From positions 34,727,741 to 34,791,740 of the forward strand of contig CM041465.1 of assembly GCA_023213395.1 (NCBI GenBank): a stretch of 64,000 bases of DNA, given 5' to 3'. Both the position numbers and the translations under genes were made by a program. This document shows, in pieces, positions 21,728-34,435 of this stretch; within the stretch, counting starts at the first letter, position 1, and the number at the start of each line of letters is the position of its first letter. Origin of the DNA: Cycas panzhihuaensis. Taxonomy: Eukaryota > Plantae > Cycadophyta. The notes under the pieces were generated by a model. It searched no databases. It had not been told where the DNA came from and saw only the letters and a list, made by a program, of their open reading frames with translations.

Positions 21728-24700
21728 GGTTAGAAAACACTAAATAAATAGACAGGATGCCATGATCATTTATGTACACAATAGACACAAATAAAATAAT
21801 CACATAGGATAACAAGTTTAATGTGGGAAACCCTTTCGAGAAAAACTCACCACAAGATTATAAAATTACATTGATACAAATCTACTATAATGTTACAATG
21901 GACTTAGATCTTAATTTATAGATCTATAAGTGCCTTGAATAATTAAATTTAGATTACATCTGTGGGTATATTTACATCACATATTACATCAAGAATATTC
22001 GTACAATATCTTCACATTTATATTAGTCGATAAATAGATATAATGCCACTCTAACATCCTCTCTTAATATAAATGTGAGGTGTTAAAGCCTTCCTAGGGA
22101 TTGGTCTAACTCTTTATCCTTGTTGATAGATCCCCCCTTAAGGATAACCTTGTTGAATATCAAATTTACATGAATTTTAATGAAGCAATCTTTAGTAAGA
22201 GTTTGATAAACATGTCCTCAAGTTAATCTTCACTTAGATAAAACTCAACTTGCATCTACCTTGATCTAATCATCTCTCAGAAATAGTGGTGCTTTGCCTT
22301 GTATCTATGTGATTCTTTGGAAATATCTCTAAAAGTCTATACGACCATATAACTCCTCTCACACTCACACTTAGTCCATGATATTCATGCTTTTTCCTTG
22401 ACTAAACCAAGAGGTTGAGTATTGTAGATCTCCTTTTCAAGTCTTTGTTAAGAAATGTTGATATCCTATTCATTTGATATGACTCTCAACTATATGCAAT
22501 TGCTAAAGTAAAGATCAATCAAACTGATAACAATATTGAAACTAGTGCAAATGTCTTTTCATAACTGATTCCTTATTTTTATTTGAAATTTAGTGTATTA
22601 AGTCTTACACTTGCAATCTTGCATGTATCACTCCTCCTCTATTGCAACTTTTTATTATGAATATCCTTTTGTTAATATTATTTATGTCGATCCTTGTTCT
22701 TCAATCATCCTTTAGGTCTTTAATCATCATTCTAGATTCCTCAATAGGCTATAATAGAACATGAGTTACAATCTGTACCTCTTCTCATAATGGTTCATCA
22801 TTAATACTCCCACTAGGTCTCGCTTATGTCTCATAAATAATGTTAATTAAAAACTTCTATACCTATTGAATCATGGCTTGGAAAAGGAAAGGAATGAAGG
22901 ATAAAACCTATTTTTATATGACACCTCAACATGATATGGAAATAACTCATTTAATTAACACCTAGACTAATAACAATGCTTTCCCCCTATAGATCACATA
23001 ATTTATAAGCTTTGTTCTAAACCCCATATAAATATATTTTAAACTTTTGCAATCCTATTGTTATGATTTTTGTCTAAGATATATGCAATTATTGCACCTA
23101 AATAATCAGTGGAATGTTTTGTCGATCCAACATAATTCAAGGGGATAAGGCCATGAATAGCCTTAAAAGGGATCCCATTAAATAACTATTGTAATATCTT
23201 CTACCCAAAAGCATAGGAGGTAAATCCTTATAATGCACTAAACACCTCCACATCTACATCATAGTACCATTCTTCATTTGCAACATAATCTTACTAGGGT
23301 ACACGGGATAACCAACATCCCTATTTTATACCATAATCAAGGTAGAACTAATTTTAAGTCATTCTTGTAATACACCTTTAATTTCAATACAAACATATTA
23401 TTGAATCTACATTAGACTTGTTCAAATATACACACATGTTGAACCAACATTTGACATGTAATAAACCCCATGCTATCATTTGTTCAACCGCTTAAAATAT
23501 AATAGTCCACCACGATCTAATAATCAATTATATAAGCATGCCAATAAATAGCAATTTTGAACCACTCCACTTCATATATCTGATGTAAAAGTACTACTAT
23601 ATATAAAAAAACACTACTTTCTTATAACAAATCACACATTTTAATAATGAATGTAATAATCAATTACCATTATTTATTTGCCCTATAGCTTAATATCTCC
23701 ATACAACACGCCCCTTCTATCAATCAATGAGCATATACCGATGTTGATAGGTTGCCCATTAATCATTCCCTCTTATCAATCAGTGAAAACCACTGCCATT
23801 GATATCTCACCCATTAATCATTCCCTCTTATCAATCAATGAAAAAACCACTGATATTGATAACTCACCCAACAAACTCTCTCATGTAAACACATGTAATA
23901 AAAGCATACTATCGCCTCATATTGTAATTATATCACTCACTTTGCGATTAATATGTCACCTCATGCATGTCATTAAATCTTTAAGACAATGTCATAGACC
24001 TCACAATACACCCACTTAAAAAAGAAAAAAGGCTAGATCTCATCCAATGATTTCTTTATATATCAAAGGTCACTTACAACATGAAATAAAGAAGGCCACT
24101 TAATATTTCAAGATAACTTAAGGTTATTAATGACTAATATCAAAATAAGCTCTTAATATATTGATAAAATTCTAATCAAAAAATTAATATATCAATAGCC
24201 ACGATTGATACCAGTTATGAAAAACTAACCAACAACCTTAATATATTAATCAAAAGACAAAATGCATTATATATTAATAAAAAGTGATTTCCATTAATCA
24301 AGGCAACTTTATATTAAAGGTGATTGATATATATCAAATATCAAACACGACTTTATATTAATCAACGGTGAACTCAACCATCCATTATCAAAATATATCA
24401 TCACATAATGAAGAACAAGCGATTAAAACGTCACACTAGCAATAAATATTAACTGGCAATTTAATAATATACTATTAGCAATTAAATTGATGAATACTTA
24501 GTATTTTAATCATAGATATATTATGGCTAACCTACAATCATTAGCACTACAGTTGACTTAATTTTATTCATTTAATTATGATTAAAGATATATCAACAAG
24601 CAATTGAATATTTAATCATTAGGCAACATAATGTATCAAACGAAGGGTGATTTAATAAATTTATCGAAATACCTTTAAGTATTATCACACAGTATTCATT

Positions 24701-25855
24701 CTGACTTACATATATTATTTGTGCAACTACATTCAAACTTAGTAACCTATGTATGTGTAATGCTTCTGTGCATCCCTTCCAGAGTTTGTGATCACCCATG
24801 ACAAACTCTTGTAGCCTCAATGACCCTCTATAAATGTGACCTATGGGAATTGCATAATATTCATGTGAAGAAGATATGTGGATACTTCATTATATGTGTC
24901 TTCCATAACTCTCCACATAGTGCAACCTATGTCTCTCCAAAGTCACAACTTTAGACTCAGAGAAATCTATTATTGTGTCTTTGCAAATATGATAGTTATA
25001 ATGTAGATTCTCTACTCATAAGGGATTTGAGTCTATGATTGCTTCATCTTAGTGATGAACTATGAACATGTTACCCAATCCTTCAAACCAGTGTCTTATT
25101 TTTAACAAATCCTCTTTTGCAAATAACTATCATGGTCTCTTAGTGGTAAACATAATGGAAACTTAAATAAGTAGATTTGGAACCTTCCACAAGTTCAAAA
25201 TAGACATCAACGACTAATAATTGACCAACTAAGGATTACACATTTTAAAAATAGTGGGTACCAACATTCGCTTCATACTTAGACACTTGCATAAAATAAA
25301 ACAACCTCTTCTATTCCTCTACATACCTTTGAAGACCATCAAATCACTACAAAACAAGTAATAGAAGGCACCAGAGATATGCATGATCATTACACCATTG
25401 TATTTGTTCTTTTGATTATCAGATAAGTCGATCCTCAAGGGGTGAGCCAATATTACCTAATAACCAATGATCGAATAATTCGTTTAACATTTGCCTACTT
25501 ATGCATGGCCATCAACTCTAATACCATTTTAGAAAACACCAAATAAACAAACAAGATATCAAGAACATTTATGTACATAATAGACACGAATAAACCAAGC
25601 ACATGGGATAATAGATTTGATGTGGGAAACCCTTTCGAGAAAAATCCACCATAGAATTATAAAATTACGTTATTACAAATCTGTAGTAATGTTACAATGG
25701 ACTTGGATCTTTATTTATAAATTTGTAAGTTCCTCAAATAATTACATTTGGATTACATTCGTCAACCTATTTACATCACATATTACATCAAGAATAATCA
25801 CATAATATCTCCACATTTATATTAGCCAGTAAGTGGATATAATACCACTCTAACA
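21728..25855 (-). mobile_element. Non-autonomous ~4.1-kb Copia-derived LTR element B
   Basis: LTRs 21728-22056 and 25527-25855; PBS rc ACTCTAATACCA 25515-25526; PPT rc TCCTCTCTT at 22057; TSD AATTG/AAATG. Interior holds only short eroded pol fragments. Confidence 0.88.
23711..23870. repeat. ~55-bp tandem repeat, ~3 copies
   Basis: Unit CCCATTAATCATTCCCTCTTATCAATCAGTGAAAACCACTGCCATTGATATCTCA starts at 23755 and 23810, with a more divergent partial copy before them. Confidence 0.85.
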
Positions 25856-26169
25856 AAATGAAGTGTTAAAAGAATATAGATAAATAACTTAAATCCATAT
25901 GAACTACAAACTATTTACAAAACCACTTATTATTCTAAGAGATCAAAATGGTGCATCCCCATACCTAGTGAAGCATAAATTGTCCATCCACCTCATATAG
26001 GAAGAACAAAATTAGAAGGAAAAGATATGCTTTATATATTTGACAATGTTATGGATTGATTAAGGTAGGTTAAGGAACTAACTCCTTATATCCCCATCCT
26101 CATAAAAAAAATTATCCTTAATGCAACTTCATCCTATCGTAAATAGGTGAGGATGTTACCTAAAGCTTT

Positions 26170-29100
26170 TGTTTTGCAATATTTTCCCCTTTTAATTTAA
26201 TATTTTTAAGGTTTTTCTTTTTCAAAATTAGTTTTAAGTTAGCTACAATATTAATATATTCAAATGCATGATTTAAATTTGGTACATACTTCTTTAGCAA
26301 TAAAACATTGAACACATTATAAATTTAAAGATTTGGCGATAAAGTAAGATTATAAGTAACCTACCTAATTTGCTCTAAGATCCTAAATGGGCCATAGTAT
26401 CTTAGTGAAATTTTCTTATATATGCCTAAGTTGAGTGAGTTATGCTTCAGTCTTTCCAAAAGAATACATGTTCACCAACCTAAAATTTCTTCACTATCCT
26501 TTTTATGTCTACAAAGCTCATCTATCTATCTTGGGTTACCTTCAATTGCTTTCTAATGTTGACTACTTGCCTCTTAATTTCTTGTAGCATTTTCAGCCCC
26601 AACATGTACCTTTCTAGATTTTTTTAGCTAAGGGGTGTTATATTTTCTAATGCCTTAAAAGGACCCATACCCATGGAGGAATAAGTTCCATTATTATAGG
26701 CAAATTTGGTAAAAATAAGTAGTTTTCCTAGTTAGTTGGTTATTTTATTATATATATCTAAAATAAGTTTTCTACTGCTTAGTTCACTTTCTTTATTTGT
26801 CCATCGATTTTAGGATGATAAGTTATGCTAAATTTTAACTTTATACCTAATTTTTGAAACATAGATCTCTAAGACTTCAAAGTGGAATTATCATCTTTAT
26901 TTGACATAATGGGTTTAGATATACCATGTAATCTTACTATCTCCTTCATAAAGATAGCAATAACATTTTAAGTAGTATGAGTAGTATAAATTAGGATAAA
27001 ATATATAGTCTTTCTTAGCTTGTCTACCACCACCATGATGGCATCATGTAGCCAAGAGATCTTGGGTAATCCTATAATGAAATAAAAGGTGATTATTTTC
27101 TATTTCTACTTCAGAATCTCCAATGGATGTAATAACCCTCTAACATGTTTATGTTTAGCCTTAACCTTTTAGTGTGTCAAACATTTAGCTATAAAGCTTA
27201 TGACATCTCTCTTTATGCTTGACTAATGAAATTATTTTTCCACTGCTATATAAGTATTGTGATAACCTAGATGCCCTACATATGGTGTGATATCAATGAC
27301 ATGAATTACTAGTTTCTAGATTTTTGAATCATGTAGTATATAGATTCTCTATTAATATATTAGCATACCATTACCTCTTATTTGGTAGTATACATATTTT
27401 CATATAAGTTTATCATCTTCTTGATTTTGAATTTATTAGTTTTATAAGTCTTCCTTTGCTTGCCTATAATACTCATCATTCACATAAGCCTTTTAGATAA
27501 AATTTGTAATATTAAACTATTGCACACTTATTATAGCAATAGTTTTATGTGAACTCAATGTATCATCCACCTTCTTCTCCTTTCCTTTGATATACTTTGG
27601 TTGAAAATTAAATTCATATAAGTATTATATCTATTTGTGTTATCTTGAATTTAGGTCTAGTTATGTGAATATGTATTTGAGGTTGTCATGATCTATATAT
27701 GGTTTAAGTCTTTTTCCAAGTAGGTAATATCCATATACCTTAAGTATATATACAACTATTTTAAGCTCTAAGTAATGAGCGAGATAGTTCTTTTTACAGT
27801 ATTTTCTTTTCCTTGATTCATAAGAAACCACCCGACCATCCTATATCAAAATTACCCCTAAACCTTCAACAGAAGTATATTTGTAGACTAAGAAGTTTGA
27901 ATTTGGATTAGGTCCTATGAGAACTAGAGTTGTAGTAAGCAATTTCTATAGTAGCTAAAATCTTTCCTTACATAAATCTATTTATATGAACTTAGTACCC
28001 TTATTTTGTAAATAAGTAATAAGGCTTGTAATTCTAGTGAAGTTCTCTATATATCTCTAGTAGTAATCCATAAGTTCCATAAAATTGTACACCTCATGTA
28101 TATTTTTAGGTGATGGCCATTCTATAATGACTATGTTTTTTTGTGGATCAATTAAAATTCTTTCTTATGAAATAACATGTTCTCAATAGTACACATCTTC
28201 TTTGTAAATTTCACACTTACTTAGCTTAACATATAGCTTGCACTCTCTAAGTAATTATAATATAATTTACATATACTCTTCATGCTCTTTATTAATTTTT
28301 GAAATAGATCAAAATGTCATCTATGAACACTATGATGGATATGATTAATTTGTCTAAGTACTTTTCAAACACACTATTCGTTAAGCACATGAATGTTATG
28401 AGTACATTGGTTAATCCAAATTACATTACCAAAAAATCATAATGACTATATTTAATATTAATGGTAGTCTTAAAAACAACCCCTTCCTTGATTCTAAATT
28501 AGTAGTATGTTAATATTAGCTATATCTAAGTGAATAATTTAGCTCCCTTTATTTGATCAAATAAATCTTTAATTCAAGGAAAGGGATATTTATTATTAAT
28601 TATTACCTTGTTTAGTTATCAATAATTTATGCATAATCTTAAAGTCCCATCTTTCTTTTTCATAAATAAGGTTGGTGCTCCCCATTGTGAAATGATGGGC
28701 CTTATAAGTCCTTTATCAAGTAGGTCCTATAGCTATATTTTTAATTTAACCAATTTTAAAGTAGCCAAATGATATGATGCCTTATAGAGTGATATTGTTC
28801 CTTGAACAAGTTTGATTACATAATCCACTTCTCACTTGGATGGCAATCTTAGAAACTCATTTAGAATGCATCTTTAAATTATTTTATTACTAGATGATTC
28901 ACTTGGTGAGGTTCTATAAGGGTCCACTCTTTATTTACATGGAATGTAAAGGCTTGACATCCTTTCCTTAAGCATTTCTTTTCCTATATTACTAGAATCT
29001 ATTGAATACTAACTAGAAATTTCTTTCCTTGAATGAGAATAGGATCTCCATTATTGTTCAAGCACTCAACTAACTTGTTATAGCTACCAATATTTGGTTA

Positions 29101-30678
29101 GTATTTTACTAACCATTCTAAACCAATGATGGTATCATAATCCTCTAATGGTAGGATCTGAAATGTGGTAAAAGTAGATTATGATTCCTACTTTAATAGA
29201 TAGAAGGGTACATATCCTGTTACCTTCCCCTTGTTACTATTTTTTATATATGTAGTCAACTTTTCCTTATGAGTTTTAGCCTTAATCTTGCATTATTTTA
29301 CAACTTTGGGATTCAAGAAGTTGTGACTACTCCCAGAGTCAATGAGTATAATAAGATCTTGCCATGCAATATTATGAGTTGCATGTACCATAATGAATTG
29401 GTTGTTAACTTGTCTTCCCTAAATCATTGGATGCACATACATGTACCATGTATCTTGGGATTCATATTCTATAATGGGTTGTAGCTTTATGTTATAAGCT
29501 TCTCCTCTTTGTCTTAGACTTCATAGACAATTAAGAGCATAGGGTCCTTACTCATTATGTCAATGGCATCTATCTTCCCTAATTTTCTAAGGATACTTAG
29601 GGGTAATGGATTAGGAATTGGGTTGTGTAGTAGACAACTGAATTTTCTCCTACCTTGATTAAACCTTTGTGATCTTAAATCCCTCCATAGTGGACCTAGC
29701 CTTAGTTTCCATCTTCTCTTTAAACCAACTTACTTGTCTTGCGGTTTTGCCTATTAGTCTTTACAATATCTAGCTTTATGAATTGCTTCTTCCAAAGTCT
29801 TAGGCTTAAGAATCCTAATTATGTTTTGAATATTATCCTTCAATATACTAATGAACCTATGAGTCTTTAATTTTTATTCTTATATGTAAGGGGCATATTG
29901 GATAAACTCAATGAATTCCATCTTATATTCATCTAATTTCATTCTCCCTTGCTTTAACTCATAGAAGGTTGATGTCTTCTGATCATAGTATCACTCTTAA
30001 TGCTAATTCTACTTGAAATATCTAACTACCTTACTCCATCTTATGTCTCTATCTCAAATCTCGTAGACCTACTTGTGATGTTCCCACCATAAAGATGCTT
30101 TACCTACTAAATAGTAAGTAATAATCCTTACCTTCTCATTATAACTAAAGTCATTTAATCTGAAGTAATTCTTAATGTTAAGAAGCCATAACCCTAATTT
30201 ACCTTCACTCTTAATTTCTCCATTGAAAATTGGTGGCCTCACCTTCCTCATCCCAAATTAGATTATATTCTTTTTAATTTTTCACTCACCTCATTTAGGA
30301 GTGTTATTAGAGGACTCAATGCTTATTGAGTATACTACTCACTATGTTCTCTAGCCCTTTTCTTAGTTTTTTTACTTGAATGCTCGTGAATTGATGATTC
30401 TTGGAGCCTACCTCTTCTTCCATTAATTTTTTAGACTCTTTTAATCCTTTTTTACTCAATAGTCTATTGAATGTTATGGAGAATCACCTTATGGCTTCTT
30501 AGAATTCTTTCATTATCTTTATTATAGATCTATAATTACTCTCATAAGCTATGATCAGTCTCCACTTATGCAATTGGAATGTTATTTTTTGAGTTCCCCT
30601 TATGCCTTGGAATATCTTTATAATTTATGTATTTAGAGATAAAGTCTCTTTGGCCTTATTTTACCCTTTAGGTATCAT
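26170..30678 (-). pseudogene. Gypsy C gag-pol remnant
   Basis: gag RKVRPPIFNGE...ASLWWE (30069-30251); RT VFIDDILIY (~28340-28305); INT tail YYGPFRIL and NVFNVLLLKKYVP (~26400-26280). Most of the chromodomain appears deleted; many stops. Confidence 0.85.
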
Positions 30679-30867
30679 CCTTAAATAACATTCTTCCCAT
30701 CCTCATGTTGTCTGGGTATGATTTTCCCTAAGGCTAGTTAATATTCTACTAATATAGTAGAGTTTAACTTGCTCTCTCAGTAGGCTCTTATTGGTGATAC
30801 TAGCTCCAACTTTGAGGCTTTAATAAGTCAATTATGAGTTTCAACCTTGAAGCTCTAATACCACCTC

Positions 30868-32317
30868 TATCATGGCCCTCTCCCTACTGAGGGTTAGTTG
30901 TGACCTTACTTAGTTATAACTTACTTGAGTCTACTAACTAAGCCAACACCTTCTAAACTACTTAAATCACAAAAGTTTAAAACTAAGTATTGTACATGTG
31001 TATAGTAGAAAATATATACCTAAAAGATGTATTTAGTTTAGGAGAATAAAGAGGTCTCAAAAAATGCACCTAAAACACATTCCCAATAGTGGTATTTTAG
31101 AAAAAAATACAAATATTATAATAATACCATTAATCATTAAGCTATTATACATATACCTTGAATGTGAAATAAACCAAAGTAGATTACTTAGATAGATTCA
31201 CCACCCAATCAACCAAATTCCTAAAGAGGAGAATGCCCTTGAATTTCAACACATAATATATGCATTTGAGTACTAGTATGTCACTCTATACTCAACCCTA
31301 TAATATACCCCAATGACCTCTTAGTTATATACTAGTACACATAGCTAAAATATATTTGAGCCTTCTCATTATACCTTAACTTACTTAACAATAGTTAAAA
31401 ATACCATACTATATATGGTTCATCACTAAATCAATCTCTTTAGACTATATCTCTGAGTGACCTACATGTCTACATGTATCATCACTAGCTCCCATCATAA
31501 TGAGGGTATATATTTCATACTACATTAGCTCTCACCTATGAAGATGTTATGATTCCATACCCTAGAGGCACTACTTATGCCCACAATAATAATAACAAGG
31601 AGAGAACTCCCTCAACTCTCAAGGAGAGTCACTCAACCCTCATAGGAAAGGGCACATGCTCAACCCAAATTCTTAATATAATCTCAGAAGAAAGGGGACT
31701 TACTTAACCCAAATTCCTTTTAAACTAACATAGGATATTTTGTCAACCCTTAGGGAATAGGGTTTAGCTCAACCTAAACCACACATGCCAACAAAAATTT
31801 AGCATCATCAAAATAGTCTAATAAGATTAACATAATAATAGAAATATATATTAATGCCACTTACCAACTTGTCCCTTCCTAGGGATGGAGATAAACTCTA
31901 AAAGATCCTAAACAGAGTTGATTTATTTATCTTAGAATTATGTCTTTGGGTATAATCTTAATACATTTAAGCCCTCTTTCATAAAATTCAATTGTAAAAA
32001 TTTTAAGAAAGCTCCTCTATGAGCTTCAAAAATCATCCTATCATCATTCCTATAAATAATAGGCACATAGACCTAGTCTTGGTCTCCTAAGGATCTCTAG
32101 TTTCTCTTTAGCTCTAACCTCCTATATTCAACCCTCTAGCTTTTTAGTCATTCTCAACAATCTTTCCTCTTGAAGGATGATGGTATAAGAATATAGAAGA
32201 ATATAAAAAAAATACTCTTCTTTTTCTTCTTTTTTTGACTAAATCCATCACCCTTAGTGAATTGGTTTGTTATCACAAGCACTATCAAGTCTTAGTAGGT
32301 GGCTCTACCTTGTGGTA
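30868..32317 (-). repeat. 5' LTR (or PBS-proximal part of it) of Gypsy C
   Basis: Adjacent to the PBS; homologous to 1-1013. Confidence 0.8.
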
Positions 32318-33928
32318 TCTTAAAAAGAATGTCTAATTCCTTCCTATTCTTTTCCTTGAGTTAATGAATGTGTTAGATTAGGTATATTCTTTTGAGAGTT
32401 ATATTCCTATTCTTCCCCTCACACATGCAAGAGTATGCATGAGTTGTACCTTAGTATTTTCCTACTTTATAATTTTATTCCTTGTTCATAGTCTCATTAA
32501 AAGGAAGAGTGGTCTTGCTTTCATCAATTGATTGATTCATTGAGAGTAGATTGAGCCATTATACTATTTTATGATCTAATGCAAGATTATTTTTTATAAT
32601 CATTATGCAATAGTGTTTGTCTTATTGCTCTTATTTTCTTATCAAATTTTAATTTAGTTCTCTCATATTTCTAATATGGTATCAAAGCCCACGGTTCATT
32701 AAATGGGACTTTTTGAAGTTTTTCCATATACTTCAATATGTTTACATATTATTCTTGTAGTTTATATCTTTATTATTGATTCTTGTTATTTTCAAATAAA
32801 TCTATAAGGGTTTTCTCAGTTAGAAGGCCATTATTTTTGTTATAAGGGTACTTTTGATAACATTGGTCACTTCAAATCTCTAATTTTGTATTTCTTTTAC
32901 TTATGGGTTTGGGCACTAATTTTTGTGATGAGTTATTTTTGTTATAATTTTCTTCAGAAATCCAAAGGAGAGGATAACTCTCTAAATCCCATTTCTAGAT
33001 CTAAATTTATAAATTTTGACTCATTTTCTCTTTGTTTTTTATTGTAAATGCATTAATCATTTTGATATTAACCTATTTCTACCTTTAGATAATAGAAATC
33101 ACTTCGATTTAGATCAAAATTACTTGAAACTCATTAACAAAGTCACATGTGTGACATTTTAGCAACAACAATCATGATGGGTTAAAAAAATTTCAAACAC
33201 AGATTTATTTTTTTCTTTAATTTTCTTTTCTACTAATGCTTTAGTGATATTAAAGTATGCTTCAATCTATTTTATGCCTATAACCTTTGTTTTAAGAAGT
33301 TGATCATATGGTGTAAGGACCTTAGACTTGAAAAAAGGATAAGCACTATAACTCATATATTTGATATTTATTTTCAATGATTTTAGCTTTTAACATCTTA
33401 TTTTTTATTGATCTTTCATTCTACAAGTCCAAAATTGTAATTAGATATTGCAGCTATTGAGTCTCTTTATAAACTCATACTTGGGCTCTTAGTTTTTTGT
33501 AATAATTCTCACCATATCTAATTTAAACATTATTAGTTGTGTTTTATCAAATATACACAAACTAAATGATAAGAACTATTTAATCTAAAAGTTTAAATTT
33601 TTTAACATTTTGGCACTTAAAATATTAATGAAAGCCATAACCAGATCTACTCTAATTGTGACCAACAAAGATGTTGAAAATTAAAAATATCATAATAGAA
33701 AAGTTTTGGCTATCATTGGGCCTTCCATTTCCAATGACCTCATCACTCATTTTCGAGGGAAGACTTCATCAAAGGATGAATGGTGGATACTACAAAATAT
33801 GTATCAAATTAATGATTAAACTAGATTATTATACTTACTAAACTTACTTTATTCTTGTAAAATAATTATTAATGACTTAATATCCTTATATTTATAGAAA
33901 TCAAATAGATTAGAGATTAGTTGATTGT

Positions 33929-34258
33929 TGTTAGCATAGTAGTTAAAGACTAATCTACCAATTTAATGATAAATGTGGTTTAATTAATATTAAATAAAAA
34001 GATATGATTATTTTAGAGGGTTATAACTATTCATATTGGACATACCATTTGGATGACCATATATAAACCTAGAAACTATTCTAATTTGATAAAAAAATCA
34101 TCAATTTGATCCTACAATTATCTATGGTGGATGTTTTCTAGAAAAGGTTTTTCCACATAAACCCTTTGTCTTATGTACCTATGCTCTTATTATTGGTTGT
34201 CATATATGATCAAGATCTTATAGCTCAGAATACATACATGTTTTTATATTTCTTCATA
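33929..34258 (+). mobile_element. Solo LTR (Copia type) in the gag of D
   Basis: TGTTAG...TTCATA, flanked by ATTGT/ATTAC (both derivable from ATTGC). Removing it restores gag QLIAMGEKF. Contains AAGGTTTTTCCACAT, like the LTRs of B and I. Confidence 0.7.
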
Positions 34259-34435
34259 ATTACAATGGGTGAAAAATTTGAGGATAGGGAGCTTGTAAAT
34301 ATTACTCTCAATAATCTGTATGAAGGTTATTATATTTATATAGTTAGTTTAAATCTTATTGAGAGAGATCAAAAGCTTACTTTTAAGGAGCTTGTTAAAT
34401 TTGCCTTACATGACGATCAATGTATAAGAGGATAT

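Larger units (their letters stand above)
26091..32317 (-). mobile_element. Ty3/Gypsy chromovirus-type (Tekay-like) element C, degenerate
   Basis: LTR 30868-32317; PBS rc GCTCTAATACCA 30852-30863; order gag-PR-RT-RH-INT; PPT-like GAGGATGGGGA at 26101-26091. Confidence 0.88.
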
